NCBI GenBank assembly: GCA_002269645.1
Contig: NIVC01000029.1
Location: 372,001 to 436,000, forward strand
Origin: Macrostomum lignano
Taxonomy: Eukaryota
Direction: 5' to 3'
Length of the DNA: 64,000 bases
Position numbers and translations under genes: made by a program. Shown here in pieces: positions 50,200 to 61,101 of this stretch (positions are counted from its first letter, which is position 1; every line of letters starts with the position of its first letter). Under the pieces are notes generated by a model. The model did not search any database and was not told the DNA's origin. It was given only the letters and a program-made list of their open reading frames with translations.

Positions 50200-51568
50200 T
50201 CGCATTTTATCTTTGATAATACAAAATTATGAAATTATAATTTGTTAGCCTGGGCACCTGTTGGCCAGAGGCACTTCAGGAGATGCTGCTGCCTATTGGG
50301 TCCTGTGCCAGGCTGTGCTTGAATTTGCAGGTCCAGTAGTCTGGATGAAGCCCTTGATGGTTAACTTCCTGATTTCCTTGAATGGTGCAGTGAACATGTT
50401 GAATGGCAGTGGCATTTTTGGTATCAATAAAATACACCATCTTTGTACCAGATGCCTTTCTGACGACGTACTTCACAGCAAGCACACTGCTGCTTCGCAT
50501 GAAGGCACAGTCTGGAGCGGGCATGGCCAGATCTCTCAGTTCAACGGGGACACTGCAGTTTGCACGCACTGTGCAGGTCAGCAGTGTGCTGTGATGCAGC
50601 AGGTAGTCTGCTAGGCGATGCAATCTGAACCAGCTGTCGCAAACAACATGGTAGCCAAGGTCCAGTACATATCGGCATGTCTCAACTAGCACCTTCTCGC
50701 TCATCAAAAGTTGGCGGTGTCAAAGTTGGAGCAGTCATAGAAGCCTAGTAGACTGCTGATCTGCTGAAACCTGTCTCTTGGCAGACATGCTTGCTGCTGG
50801 AAGAATGGCATAGAATAGAACTCGCTTTTAGACCAATAGTGGGTCACTTCCGGTTTTTTTACTACTCCCATATAAAGGGACATTGCGACAAACTTTGATA
50901 TCTCATTTATAGTGACATCCTTCCAGCTGGAAAATCGCGATGGTAGCTGTTCATCCTGAAGATCTTCGAACTTGCGCCACGCTCGAGCATTTGTCCAGTC
51001 ACACAGCTTCTATAGCAATTCGGGTGTCAGAAACATTTGGCTAAAAGCTACTGGATCTTTGTCAGTGTTCTTGGATTGCGGCAAATCTGGATTGACACCT
51101 GGCATGCCAAGGAACTCCGGGTCCTAGTTTGGCTTCTGATCTTGGCCAGGGTGGCATGCATGCCAAACATTGGTTGCACCATGGGCAGCGGCCAAGCCTT
51201 CATCTACCTCTTGCATTTCTATGCCTCCTTGTTCAGTTTCGTCCTCATCATCAGTGAAAAAACTGTCATCTTCTTCTTCAAACTTGGGATCAGTATCAGT
51301 ATCAAAATGCTCCGCTTAAGCCATAATGACAATAAATAGTGTTAAAAAATTAAAAAGGACGTTAATAGAAACTGCTCTAGCTTAACAACTGAGCCACAAG
51401 CTGTACAAATACAATCCAAAAGTTTCAAAGCCTAAATACTTAGTAGGAGCTGCTACCGCAAACTAAAGACATGTCAGCCAAAGATTTAAAAATGTTCATG
51501 GCCTGCAGGGCAGGCCAAGCTGCAAACTGTGTTATAGCATGAACTCATCAATGCAGTCTAGGGGTTAA
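50200..51568 (-). mobile_element. Degenerate, internally deleted piggyBac transposon
   Basis: TTAA-CCCCTAG terminus at 51568-51558. Acidic N-terminus, then WTNARA, WKDVTINE, LYMGVVKKP, HYWS, PRDRFQQI (with stops), joined to GYHVVCDSWF...LADYL...TCTVRAN. The second terminus was not found. Confidence 0.8.
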
Positions 51569-52129
51569 GCACTAATGTAATAAGTGAGTATTATTTTCAT
51601 ATATTCACGTATATAGTCGCATTATGTTGTTATTATATGATAGGATTAGTAGCTAAGATATATAGAATTATAATTTTTAGACCTGTCTAAATAATTAATT
51701 GACCTACAATATTATTCTTCATACTTGTATTTTTGTTGACAGACAAGTTATAAAAACAAAAAAATTCAGCTAGACATAATGCTACTTTGAGTTTTCACAA
51801 CTTTGGGCTATTTTATTGAAATAAAAAACTATATTAAAATGAAGATTTCACTATGCATATGTATATAAACTACAATAGAGAGACACGCTGTGCATGCTAA
51901 ATTAAAAGAATGCTAATCTTCACTGCCTTAGATCAAATGCAATCATTGTTCTTGGTGCATTTTTTACAGGAAATTGGCCTCCAAAAATACACAATCTTTG
52001 AGTGTAGCATCCTGATACACTGCTAGTGGTCCTCAATAGAATTTTAAAAGCTGACAATAACTAGCAGTTTATTTCTATTCTTGGCCAATTTGTTGACTTA
52101 AAAATTAATTCTTCTGTTTAAACTAAGTG

Positions 52130-54180
52130 ATGAGCAGCCGAGCCAGCAAGCGGCAGTCAGTTGTGCAGGCGGATCAGCCTGAACTGGATCGTCAAGTTGC
52201 TGCAGTGCAGCACTTGGACACGTGCTGCAAAGAGATCTGCTCCGGCTGCAAAACTGCTTGTCAATCGTTGAAGAAATGTGCTCCAGCCGAGTGGGAGCTG
52301 GTCATGGGCCTGATGCAGCATTCTGATCAGTTTCCGGAACTACAAAGCTGCTTGGACCAATGGCAAGGCTTGGTTCGGGCTAAAGAGCTGGCTTATGACC
52401 AACTGGCCAATCATATCACTAGATTTGTGGCTAAGCCCATGGCTCAACTGCAGAGAATTCAACCATGTGTTGCTCGACAGGTCAGCTAAGATAAATTTTT
52501 TAATTCTGGGATATTTTTGCTTCGGAATTTTTCAGTGGATTTGTTGATATTGGGATTTTTAATAATGGGATCAGTGAATGTTTGGTTTTTCATATGATCT
52601 GTGAATTTTGGGATTTTCAATGAGATTTGTGAATGTTGAGATTTTTAATGGGATCTGTTAATGTTGTTATTTTTAATGGGATCTGTTAATGCTGTTATTT
52701 TTAATGGGATCTGTTAATTTTGGGATTTTTAATGGGATCTGTTAATGTAGGGATTTTAATGGGATCTGTGAATATTGGGATTTTTAATGAGATTTGTGAA
52801 TGTTGTTATTTTTAATGGGATCTGTGAATGTTGAGATTCTTAATGTGTTCTGTCTCTGTGAATTTTGGGATTTTTAATATCTGTGAATATTGGGATTTTT
52901 AATGAGATCTGTCTCTGTGAATTCTGGGATCTGTGAATGTTAGTATTAAAAAAAGAATAAATAATAATTCAACGAACCCGACTCAGGTAAAGCGCCGGGA
53001 GCGAAAGCAGAGCGAGGAGGCCAGCCTGGAGAGCAACCTGGCTAAGGAGGAGGCCAAGAGCGGCACTGCCGGCAGTCGAACCGGGAAACGCTTAGCAGCT
53101 CTGGCTTATCTGCGCCGGGATTTGGAATCCACAAAATCTCAGTTGGCTCAGCTTAATGAGGCTTTGCTTACCGATCTGCAAGCTTTGCAGGTAAATGCGT
53201 CTGACTTATCCTCGCGCCACGAACCCCTGGTTCGAATCCGTGCGCGGCAATTATAATTAAGGCTTGTGCACAGAGATACAAGTGTCAGATATGATTGTCA
53301 GACAAGTGTCAAGATAAACTAGTGTCAAAGATGATTGTCAGACAAGTGTCAAGAGAAACTAGTGTCAAAGATGATTGTCAGACAAGTGTTAAGAGAAACT
53401 AGTGTCAAAGATGATTGTCAGACAAGTGTCAAGAGAAACTAGTGTCAAAGATGATTGTCAGACAAGTGTCAAGATAAACTAGTGTCAAAGATGATTGTCA
53501 GACAAGTGTCAAGAGAAACTAGTGTCAAAGATGATTGTCAGACAAGTTTCAAGAGAAACTAGTGTCAAAGATGATTGTCAGACAAGTGTCTATAGAAACT
53601 AGTGTCAAAGATGATTGTCAGACAAGTGTCAAGAGAAACTAGTGTCAAAGATGACTGTCAGACAAGTGTCTATAGAAACTAGTGTCAAAGATGATTGTCA
53701 GACAAGTTTCAAGAGAAACTAGTGTCAAAGATGATTGTCAGACAAGTGTCTATAGAAACTAGTGTCAAAGATGATTGTCAGACAAGTTTCAAGAGAAACT
53801 AGTGTCAAAGATGATTGTCAGACAAGTGTCTATAGAAACTAGTGTCAAAGATGATTGTCAGACAAGTGTCAAGAGAAACTAGTGTCAAAGATGATTGTCC
53901 GACAAGTGTCAAGAGAAACTAGTGTCAAAGATAATTGTCAAATGAAATCCACCCGCAGGCCGCTCGTCCCGACTACGCGAGGCCCTGCGTCAGAGCCCTG
54001 GCCCAGGCTGAGGCTCAGCACTTCGACCAGCTGGCTCAGCTGTGCGCTCGCGTCAGCGACTGTTTTGCAGCCGAAGAAGATTTTATTTGTTTAACCGCCG
54101 ACTCCTACGCTGAGATGACCAAGGATCGATTGAAACAGATTCGGGCGCTGAGTATTGTGGCCGATACAACCGATTCTTAG
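52130..54180 (+). CDS. BIN3: Bridging integrator 3-like BAR-domain protein, 258 aa, 3 exons
   Basis: Exons 52130-52480, 52987-53190 and 53959-54180, phase 0. Helical BAR-like sequence; C-terminus RLKQIRALSIVAD matches the BIN3 LRALSIVAD ending; size fits BIN3. Confidence 0.8.
52500..52935 (+). repeat. Degenerate about 29-bp array (GGGATTTTTAATGGGATCTGTGAATGTT-like) in BIN3 intron 1
   Basis: Read directly. Confidence 0.85.
53278..53945 (+). repeat. 40-bp minisatellite (AGTGTCAAAGATGATTGTCAGACAAGTGTCAAGAGAAACT)n in BIN3 intron 2
   Basis: Read directly. Confidence 0.95.
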
Positions 54181-54344
54181 GCCTTTGTTTAGCCTTTTTC
54201 AATCAGAAAAAGACCGACTCCTTTGTCTTGAATGAGATTTTCTTTCATTATTGAAAGGCAGTGATTTGTCTGTAATTTATGTCACCGAGTCTTTGACACT
54301 TAATGCTTAAATCTTAAAAATAAATCTGAGTTGTGTATACCTTA

Positions 54345-54790
54345 ACTCCTGAGTTGTTTGTACTTTAATCCCAGAGCAGTTTGTACTTTAATCCCAGAGC
54401 CGTTTGTGCTTTAATCCCAGAGTTGTAGGTGCTTTAATCCCAGAGCCGTTTGTGCTTTAATCCCAGAGTTGTAGATGCTTTAATCCCAGAGCCGTTTGTA
54501 CTTTAATCCCAGAGTTGTGGATAATTTAATCCCAGAGTTGTGGATAATTTAATCCCAGAGTTGTGGATAATTTAATCCCAGAGTTGTGGATAATTTAATC
54601 CCAGAGTTGTGGATAATTTAATCCCAGAGTTGTGGATAATTTAATCCCAGAGTTGTGGATAATTTAATCCCAGAGTTGTGGATAATTTAATCCCAGAGTT
54701 GTGGATAATTTAATCCCAGAGTTGCGGATAATTTAATCCCAGAGTTGTTTGTACTTTAATACCATTGTTTGCCCTTTATCCCTGAGTTGT
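54345..54790 (+). repeat. 23-bp minisatellite (TTAATCCCAGAGTTGTGGATAAT)n
   Basis: Read directly. Confidence 0.93.
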
Positions 54791-55842
54791 GGATGCCTAA
54801 ATGCTTTAATTAAACTATTAGGCGATTTTAAAAATTGATCTCAAATCTCAAAATAAATATATTTAATTTTATTCAATATAAATGAGACTATGGTATGAAT
54901 AAGCAGTTGTACATTTTTTTTTCATTTAAGTTAACGAATTTTTGTAACTTTTGACAAAATTTCAGTTTTTGCTACTGCGAGTAGTTTTGTTTCACTATTG
55001 CTAACAACGTGATCTACGTGTATGTATTGTTTCTGTTATTTTCCGTCAGTATCTATCTACCCAGATAACACATGTCTTTATACTCCAATTAAACAGATTT
55101 TATACAATATATTAGTTTGATTTTATTTGCTAGTTTTAAAGATTAATATAAAACACTTTCTATTGTTGATTTTGCTCAAAGTTGACTAAAACAAAGCCGA
55201 AAAGTTGAAACGGTTTAATTTAGAAAAATTGTTCGATATCTTCGTTCGTTAACGATCGAAAGTTTAAGTTAATGGTGGATTTTGCAAGCACGATTGACTT
55301 AAGTGTCTGAAATGTTTTTCGTATTTAGAGAAGACGATACATATAAAACATGTTACATAACATTATATTACGTAATGTCGTGAATGTTGAGGGTGTTATA
55401 CATAGATTTGAAGAATTATAATAGTTTGTACTTCTCACTTACATAAAGCGTAAAAGGGTATTAAATCAGCAAAAAATCTTAGGGCCCAAAAATTCATATA
55501 AAAATGAGTTGTCAGCCAATATCCGCAAGTATCCATATTAGTACATGCTAAACTACAGTTAAATCTGCTGAGTAGTTTATATAGTATATAGTACTAAAAA
55601 GCTAGAACAGGTTAAAGAAAATAAATAAAGCTTCCATGCTGTGCATGTTAAAACTAAATAAAAAATCGATTGTGCCCTGATCGCACCAATAAAAAATCAT
55701 TTTACGTTTGTCATAAACTAGCTACTATACTAGTACTTATTTCTAATTTGGGAGGAAAATGAGTGATTTGAAGTCGTCGATAGAAAATAGCAACTCGTAT
55801 TAATCCTACCGCGCACAGCAGTGATTGCGCTGCACTGACTGC

Positions 55843-56458
55843 GCTGCAGGGGGTAGGAAAATGTGGGGCTCAGCAGCGATAAAATGGGGCTTGCGCTGCA
55901 GGGGGGTAGGAAAATGGGGTGGGGCTCAGCAGCGATAAAATGGGGCTTGCGCTGCAGGGGGTTGGAAAATGGGGTGGGGCTCAGCAGCGATAAAATGGGG
56001 CTTGCGCTGCAGGGGGTAGAAAAATGGGGTCGGGCTCAGCAGCGATAAAATGGGGCTTGCGCTGCAGGGGGTAGGAAAATGGGGTGGTGCTCAGCAGCTA
56101 TAAAATGGGGCTTGCGGTGCAGAGCGTAGGAAAATGGGGTGGTGCTCAGCAGCGATAAAATGGGGCTTGCGCTGCAGGGGGTAGGAAAATGGGGTGGTGC
56201 TCAGCAGCGATAAAATGGGGCTTGCGGTGCAGAGCGTAGGAAAATGGGGTGGGGCTCAGCAGCGATAAAATGGGGCTTGCGCTGCAGAGTGTAGGAAAAT
56301 GGGGTCGGGTTCAGCAGCGATAAAATGAGGCTTGCGGTGCAGAGTGTAGGAAAATGGGGTGGTGCTCAGCAGCGATAAAATGGGGCTTGCGCTGCAGGGG
56401 GTAGGAAAATGGGGTGGGGCTCAGCAGCGATAAAATGGGGCTTGCGCTGCAGGGGGTA
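55843..56458 (+). repeat. About 55-bp G-run-rich minisatellite, about 11 units
   Basis: Unit GCGCTGCAGGGGGTAGGAAAATGGGGTGGGGCTCAGCAGCGATAAAATGGGGCTT. Confidence 0.95.
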
Positions 56459-56631
56459 TGAATATGAAATTAGGGGTGGTTTTGACGTTGATAGAAAATC
56501 ACTTGGTCGATAAAAGCGTTATACAAAGAAATAGTTTGTTATAATAAAATAGACTATAAAATTGCTCGGTGCGGCTTCTCTAGTCTTGTGTACACTGTTC
56601 CACTTCGATATTGATTATCAAAATAAAAGAC

Positions 56632-59621
56632 CTATTCATCCTTGTTTCTGCTGCGCTGTTTCCGTCGCGCCGCTCGCCGCGTCACGGCGTCTAAACCGGC
56701 GCCGAACTTTTTTGCGGCCAAGCCGGCAAAGGCGGCATTCAAGCCGGAGAAAGCTGCCAACGCTAGCCAAGATGTGGCTAACCAGAATATCGATGTCGCC
56801 ACAAAGACTAGCCAAGCTATTAAAAAAATAATTAGCCGAATTCGACAGGCAAACGTTGGCGAGCAAGCCTCGGTTGGCTCTAGGCTTTGATCTCCGCTAG
56901 CCAGATCCGAAGATTGATAAATGTTATTACAAAGACTTAAGTCTTTGTCGCGCCACAATTTTCGTAACCAATCGGCTGCTCGTTCGGCGTCCATCGGCAC
57001 CGAGCTAGCCGGATGTCGGCGAACTCGCCACGCGATGCCGGCTGGAAGTTGGCCGCGCAGAAATTTCAGCTCGCTACTCGGCGGCGGAGACGAATTGGCA
57101 TCGATGAAGTCTTGCGTCAGATCGTACACGGCGTCTAGGCGGTCTGCGATGCCAGGTTAAGCAGGTTTTACTGCGGTTAGTACAAGCCTATAAGTTAAAT
57201 ATGTGGTAGCTGCAGAGTACATGTACAAGGCAACGTACGATGTACCCTCACAGCAGATGTAACGCCACCTTCACAGCAGATTTGGCGCCACTTTCACAGC
57301 AGAGTTGGCGCCACTTTCACAGAAGAGTTGGCGCCACCCCAACAGTAGATTTGGCGCCACCTCTAACAGAAGATTTGGCGCCACCCCCAACAGCTGATTT
57401 GGCGCCACCCCCAACAGCAGATAGGGCGCACACTTAACGGCAGATTTGGCGCCACTCGTAACAGAAGATTTGGCGCCTCCTTCACAATTGATTTGGCGCC
57501 ACCCTCAACAGCAGATTTGGCGCCATCCTCACAACAGATATGGAAGCAGCTCTTCAGATACCATCTTATTCCCAATCCCTCACTGTCAAAGTTATTTATA
57601 CTAAGTCAAAGCTATACACATATACATGTACCTCCTAGTTGCTGTCGCAGATGCACGAAGCCAAGGGTTCGCGGCTGAAGTACCCGCTTTAGAGGCGCCA
57701 GGCCCTCTTTCTCGGCGTAAGCGTCGCTTTGAGCTTTCGTGTGTGGCGTAAAATTCGTGCCCTCTGGGAAGATTAAAATCTGGAAATTTGGCGAAGAAAC
57801 AACTTTTCTGCATTCTCTACTCTTGTTTTTCACTTTCGTTCTTCTCTTAAACTACTTCAGCGCTGACTTATTCATTTAACTACTGTCTTGTCTACTCTAT
57901 TACTGTCTTGTCTACTCTACTACTGCCTTGTCTACTCTATTAATGTCTTGTCTACTCTACTACCGTCTTGTCTACTCTACCGCTGTCTTGTCTACTCTAC
58001 TACTGTCTTGTCTACTCTACTACTGTCTTGTCTACTCTATTACTGTCTTGTCTACTCTATTACTGTCTTGTCTACTCTACTACTGCCTTGTCTACTCTAT
58101 TAATGTCTTATCTACTCTACTACCGTCTTGTCTACTCTACCGCTGTCTTGTCTACTCTACTACTGTCTTGTCTACTCTACTACTGTCTTGTCTACTCTAC
58201 TACTGTCTTGTCTACTCTATTACTGTCTTGTCTACTCTATTACTGTCTTGTCTACTCTACCGCTGTCTTGTCTACTCTACCGCTGTCTTGTCTACTCTAC
58301 CGCTGTCTTGTCTACTCTACTACTGTCTTGTCTACTCTACTTCTGTCTTGTCTGCTCTACCGCTGTCCTGCTTACTCTGCTACTGTCTTGTCTACTCTAC
58401 CGCTGTCTTTTCTACTCTGCTACTGTCTTGTCTGCTCTATTACTGTCTTGTCTACTCTACCGCTGTACTGCTTACTCTGCTACTGTCTTGTCTACTCTAC
58501 CGCTGTCTTTTCTACTCTGCCACTATCTTGTCAACTCTACCGCTGTTCTGCCTACTCTGCTATTGTAATGTCTGTTCTACCGCTGTCTTTTCTATCCTGC
58601 CACTAATTTGTCTACTCTGCTACTGTCGTGTCTACTCTACCTACTCTACCCTTGTGTACTTTTAACATAACAGTTTAAGGTATATACTTTACCAGTCTAG
58701 CAGATGTATCATGTAATCTACCCACGTCAATCTCATTTACCTCTGACCAGCTCTTGGACGAATTCATCTCATCCAAAACTGACATAATTTAATTATCAAA
58801 TGTGCCACAATTTCACCTACCGAATTCAACGCACCTGAGTTTTACAGCCAACGATATTAAAATATTCAACGCATTCCGTAATGTAAGGCCGGTCATGGTC
58901 CCAGGCCCGATGCAGAAACATGTAGTGCGCTGCCTGCATGGCCCAACCAGGGCCTGGCAAATTCTTCAACTCGTGTTTCATTATAATCTTCAACGTAGAT
59001 AGGCAGCCAAATCGCATTAACAAATACCAGATGTACATCCAGTCCAATCGACTTGGATGATTCATAATTATGATTGCGCAATCGCGTTTATCGATTGAAT
59101 CGCCATAGTGACGAAACTTTAAGCCAAGGAAGAGTTCCATTAAAGCCTATGATGTTGATAAGAAATTATGTCTGATTGTTTGAGTTTGTTTGACTTCTAA
59201 TTATTTTGATCAAATGAGATTTTAGTGCTATTCTGGGGGTCTTTGACTATCTTGACTCGACCGCCTCCTAGATGGGTCCCCCATTGTATTTCTTCGTTTT
59301 TTATAGCCAAAATTTAAACAACATATTTTTGTCTTCAGGGGGCACCACCTATTTATTTCTTTTTAATAAAACTTGAAACTTAATAAAATTGGTCTTTTTG
59401 TTAACTGAGACAAAAAGTAAATTAAGCTAAAAAAGCAACTTACAGAGGCAAAGGTCAGCCATGCAGCAATTAGTGAGTCCATTGCAAAGCGAAATAGTTT
59501 AGGTGAGATGGCCAACAGCCATAGCAGGGGGCCCATTAGAAAAATGCACCCAAAATAGCTGCTTAGAAACAATAAAAGAAAGAATATAGCAGGAGCAATA
59601 TTAAAAATTTTTATTACGTTG
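56632..59621 (-). CDS. LCLAT1: Lysocardiolipin acyltransferase 1 (AGPAT family); first coding exon unresolved
   Basis: Phase-compatible exons 59621-59444, 59146-58835, 57779-57632 and 57143-56632. Acyltransferase motifs IMNHPSRLDW, PGWAMQAAHYMFLHR, LIFPEGT, VLQPRTLGF, LDAVYDLT. Confidence 0.9.
57255..57535 (+). repeat. About 21-bp degenerate array with GATTTGGCGCCAC core in an LCLAT1 intron
   Basis: Read directly. Confidence 0.9.
57880..58650 (+). repeat. 20-bp minisatellite (TACTGTCTTGTCTACTCTAC)n in an LCLAT1 intron
   Basis: Read directly. Confidence 0.95.
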
Positions 59622-61101
59622 CTGAAAAAAAATTGGATCGAGCACTTTAATGATAAAATTATAAATTGAAAAGCTACTCATGAAATTCTTTCTATTAGTT
59701 TTAACTAATTATAACTAACTTGGGTGCTTTTTAAACAATAGCATAATTGATAAAGATATTGCATATGTCTTTAACAAGGCAGTTTAGGCCTATAATAAAT
59801 CTAATATGATACATTTTAGCAGTAAAGATAAAATTTCGAAAATGAGATTATACAATATACTAAACCTAAGTTTAAGCTTATCTAAATTATAAGCTTCAAA
59901 TCTAAACTATTGTCGTATTGAATGTAAATAGAGCAAGATAATAAATTGTTCATCAGAAACTTAACTCAAACCAATGATTTTTTCATCAGTTGTAACATGT
60001 CACTCAAAATAATAGTAGTATCCAAAAAACTCACACTGTGTTTCAAATTGTTGTACTTGTTAATCTAAAAATTAATGCAAAAAGAGACCACACGTGTCAC
60101 TGAATTATAAAAAAACTAACCCTAACCTCATATAATAAAAATTACTCAAACCTACCCTTGTAACAACACTTACTCTGATATAAGTAAGTATGATCAAGCG
60201 AAAAAATTTAACTCTAAGAGTCTGAAGTTATTCATTAACTCTTACTCAATAATTACTCTTCATGCAATAAATATTATGTTCATATACTAGGCCTATATCA
60301 TCATATCTTATGGTTACAATGACACATTGGACATAGAGCCAGTCATGTTTATGAATAAATAGCTTTGATCCCATGAATAAGTGAGACACCAAATACCATC
60401 TGGCAATGGCAATTGCCAAAATGTTTCAAGTTATATTATAGATAATTATATAATTATATTCTTACAAGTTACAACAATTTCAACAAAAAACTTCGACAAA
60501 AATTTATGCTAAATATTCCTTAAATGATAAATCTCGATTGCATCAATCCACATTCGATTGAGTTAATTCCAACCAGGACAGGTAGTCTAAAGCATGCGTG
60601 TTTTATTGTTCATGTATAAACTAAAATGTTAGAGATTTGGAAAGTTAAAAACAACAGTACGCGATAACTCTAACCGCAAATTTAATCAAAACGACTACAA
60701 CAAAAACTGTCTTTTGCAAACGCACTGCTGGTTTGGAAAAAATAAAATGCTAAAATAATTACAATTCCAATGTCTCTGATGCTTGGTATTAAAGCATCAA
60801 AAGTGATAATTTTGCGCGCCATTTTGCATTATTAGAATGTACAGTAGATCGTGCAAAACAGAGTCTTGTTACTTAGCTTGATATATATAATTATAGATAT
60901 AAGCAGTATAAGCATTATATCTATAAATAATATAGAAATAAAAATAGTATAGATTTTTTATTTTAAAAAATATCATTTTTTACTATAAAAGATATCATTT
61001 TATTAAAAGTTTGTATCGATCAGTTTTTCATCCTTGAATACATGGTTTATGCTGACCTTTATATCAATTAATTCATTCATCAAAAGTGTATTTTTATTGA
61101 A

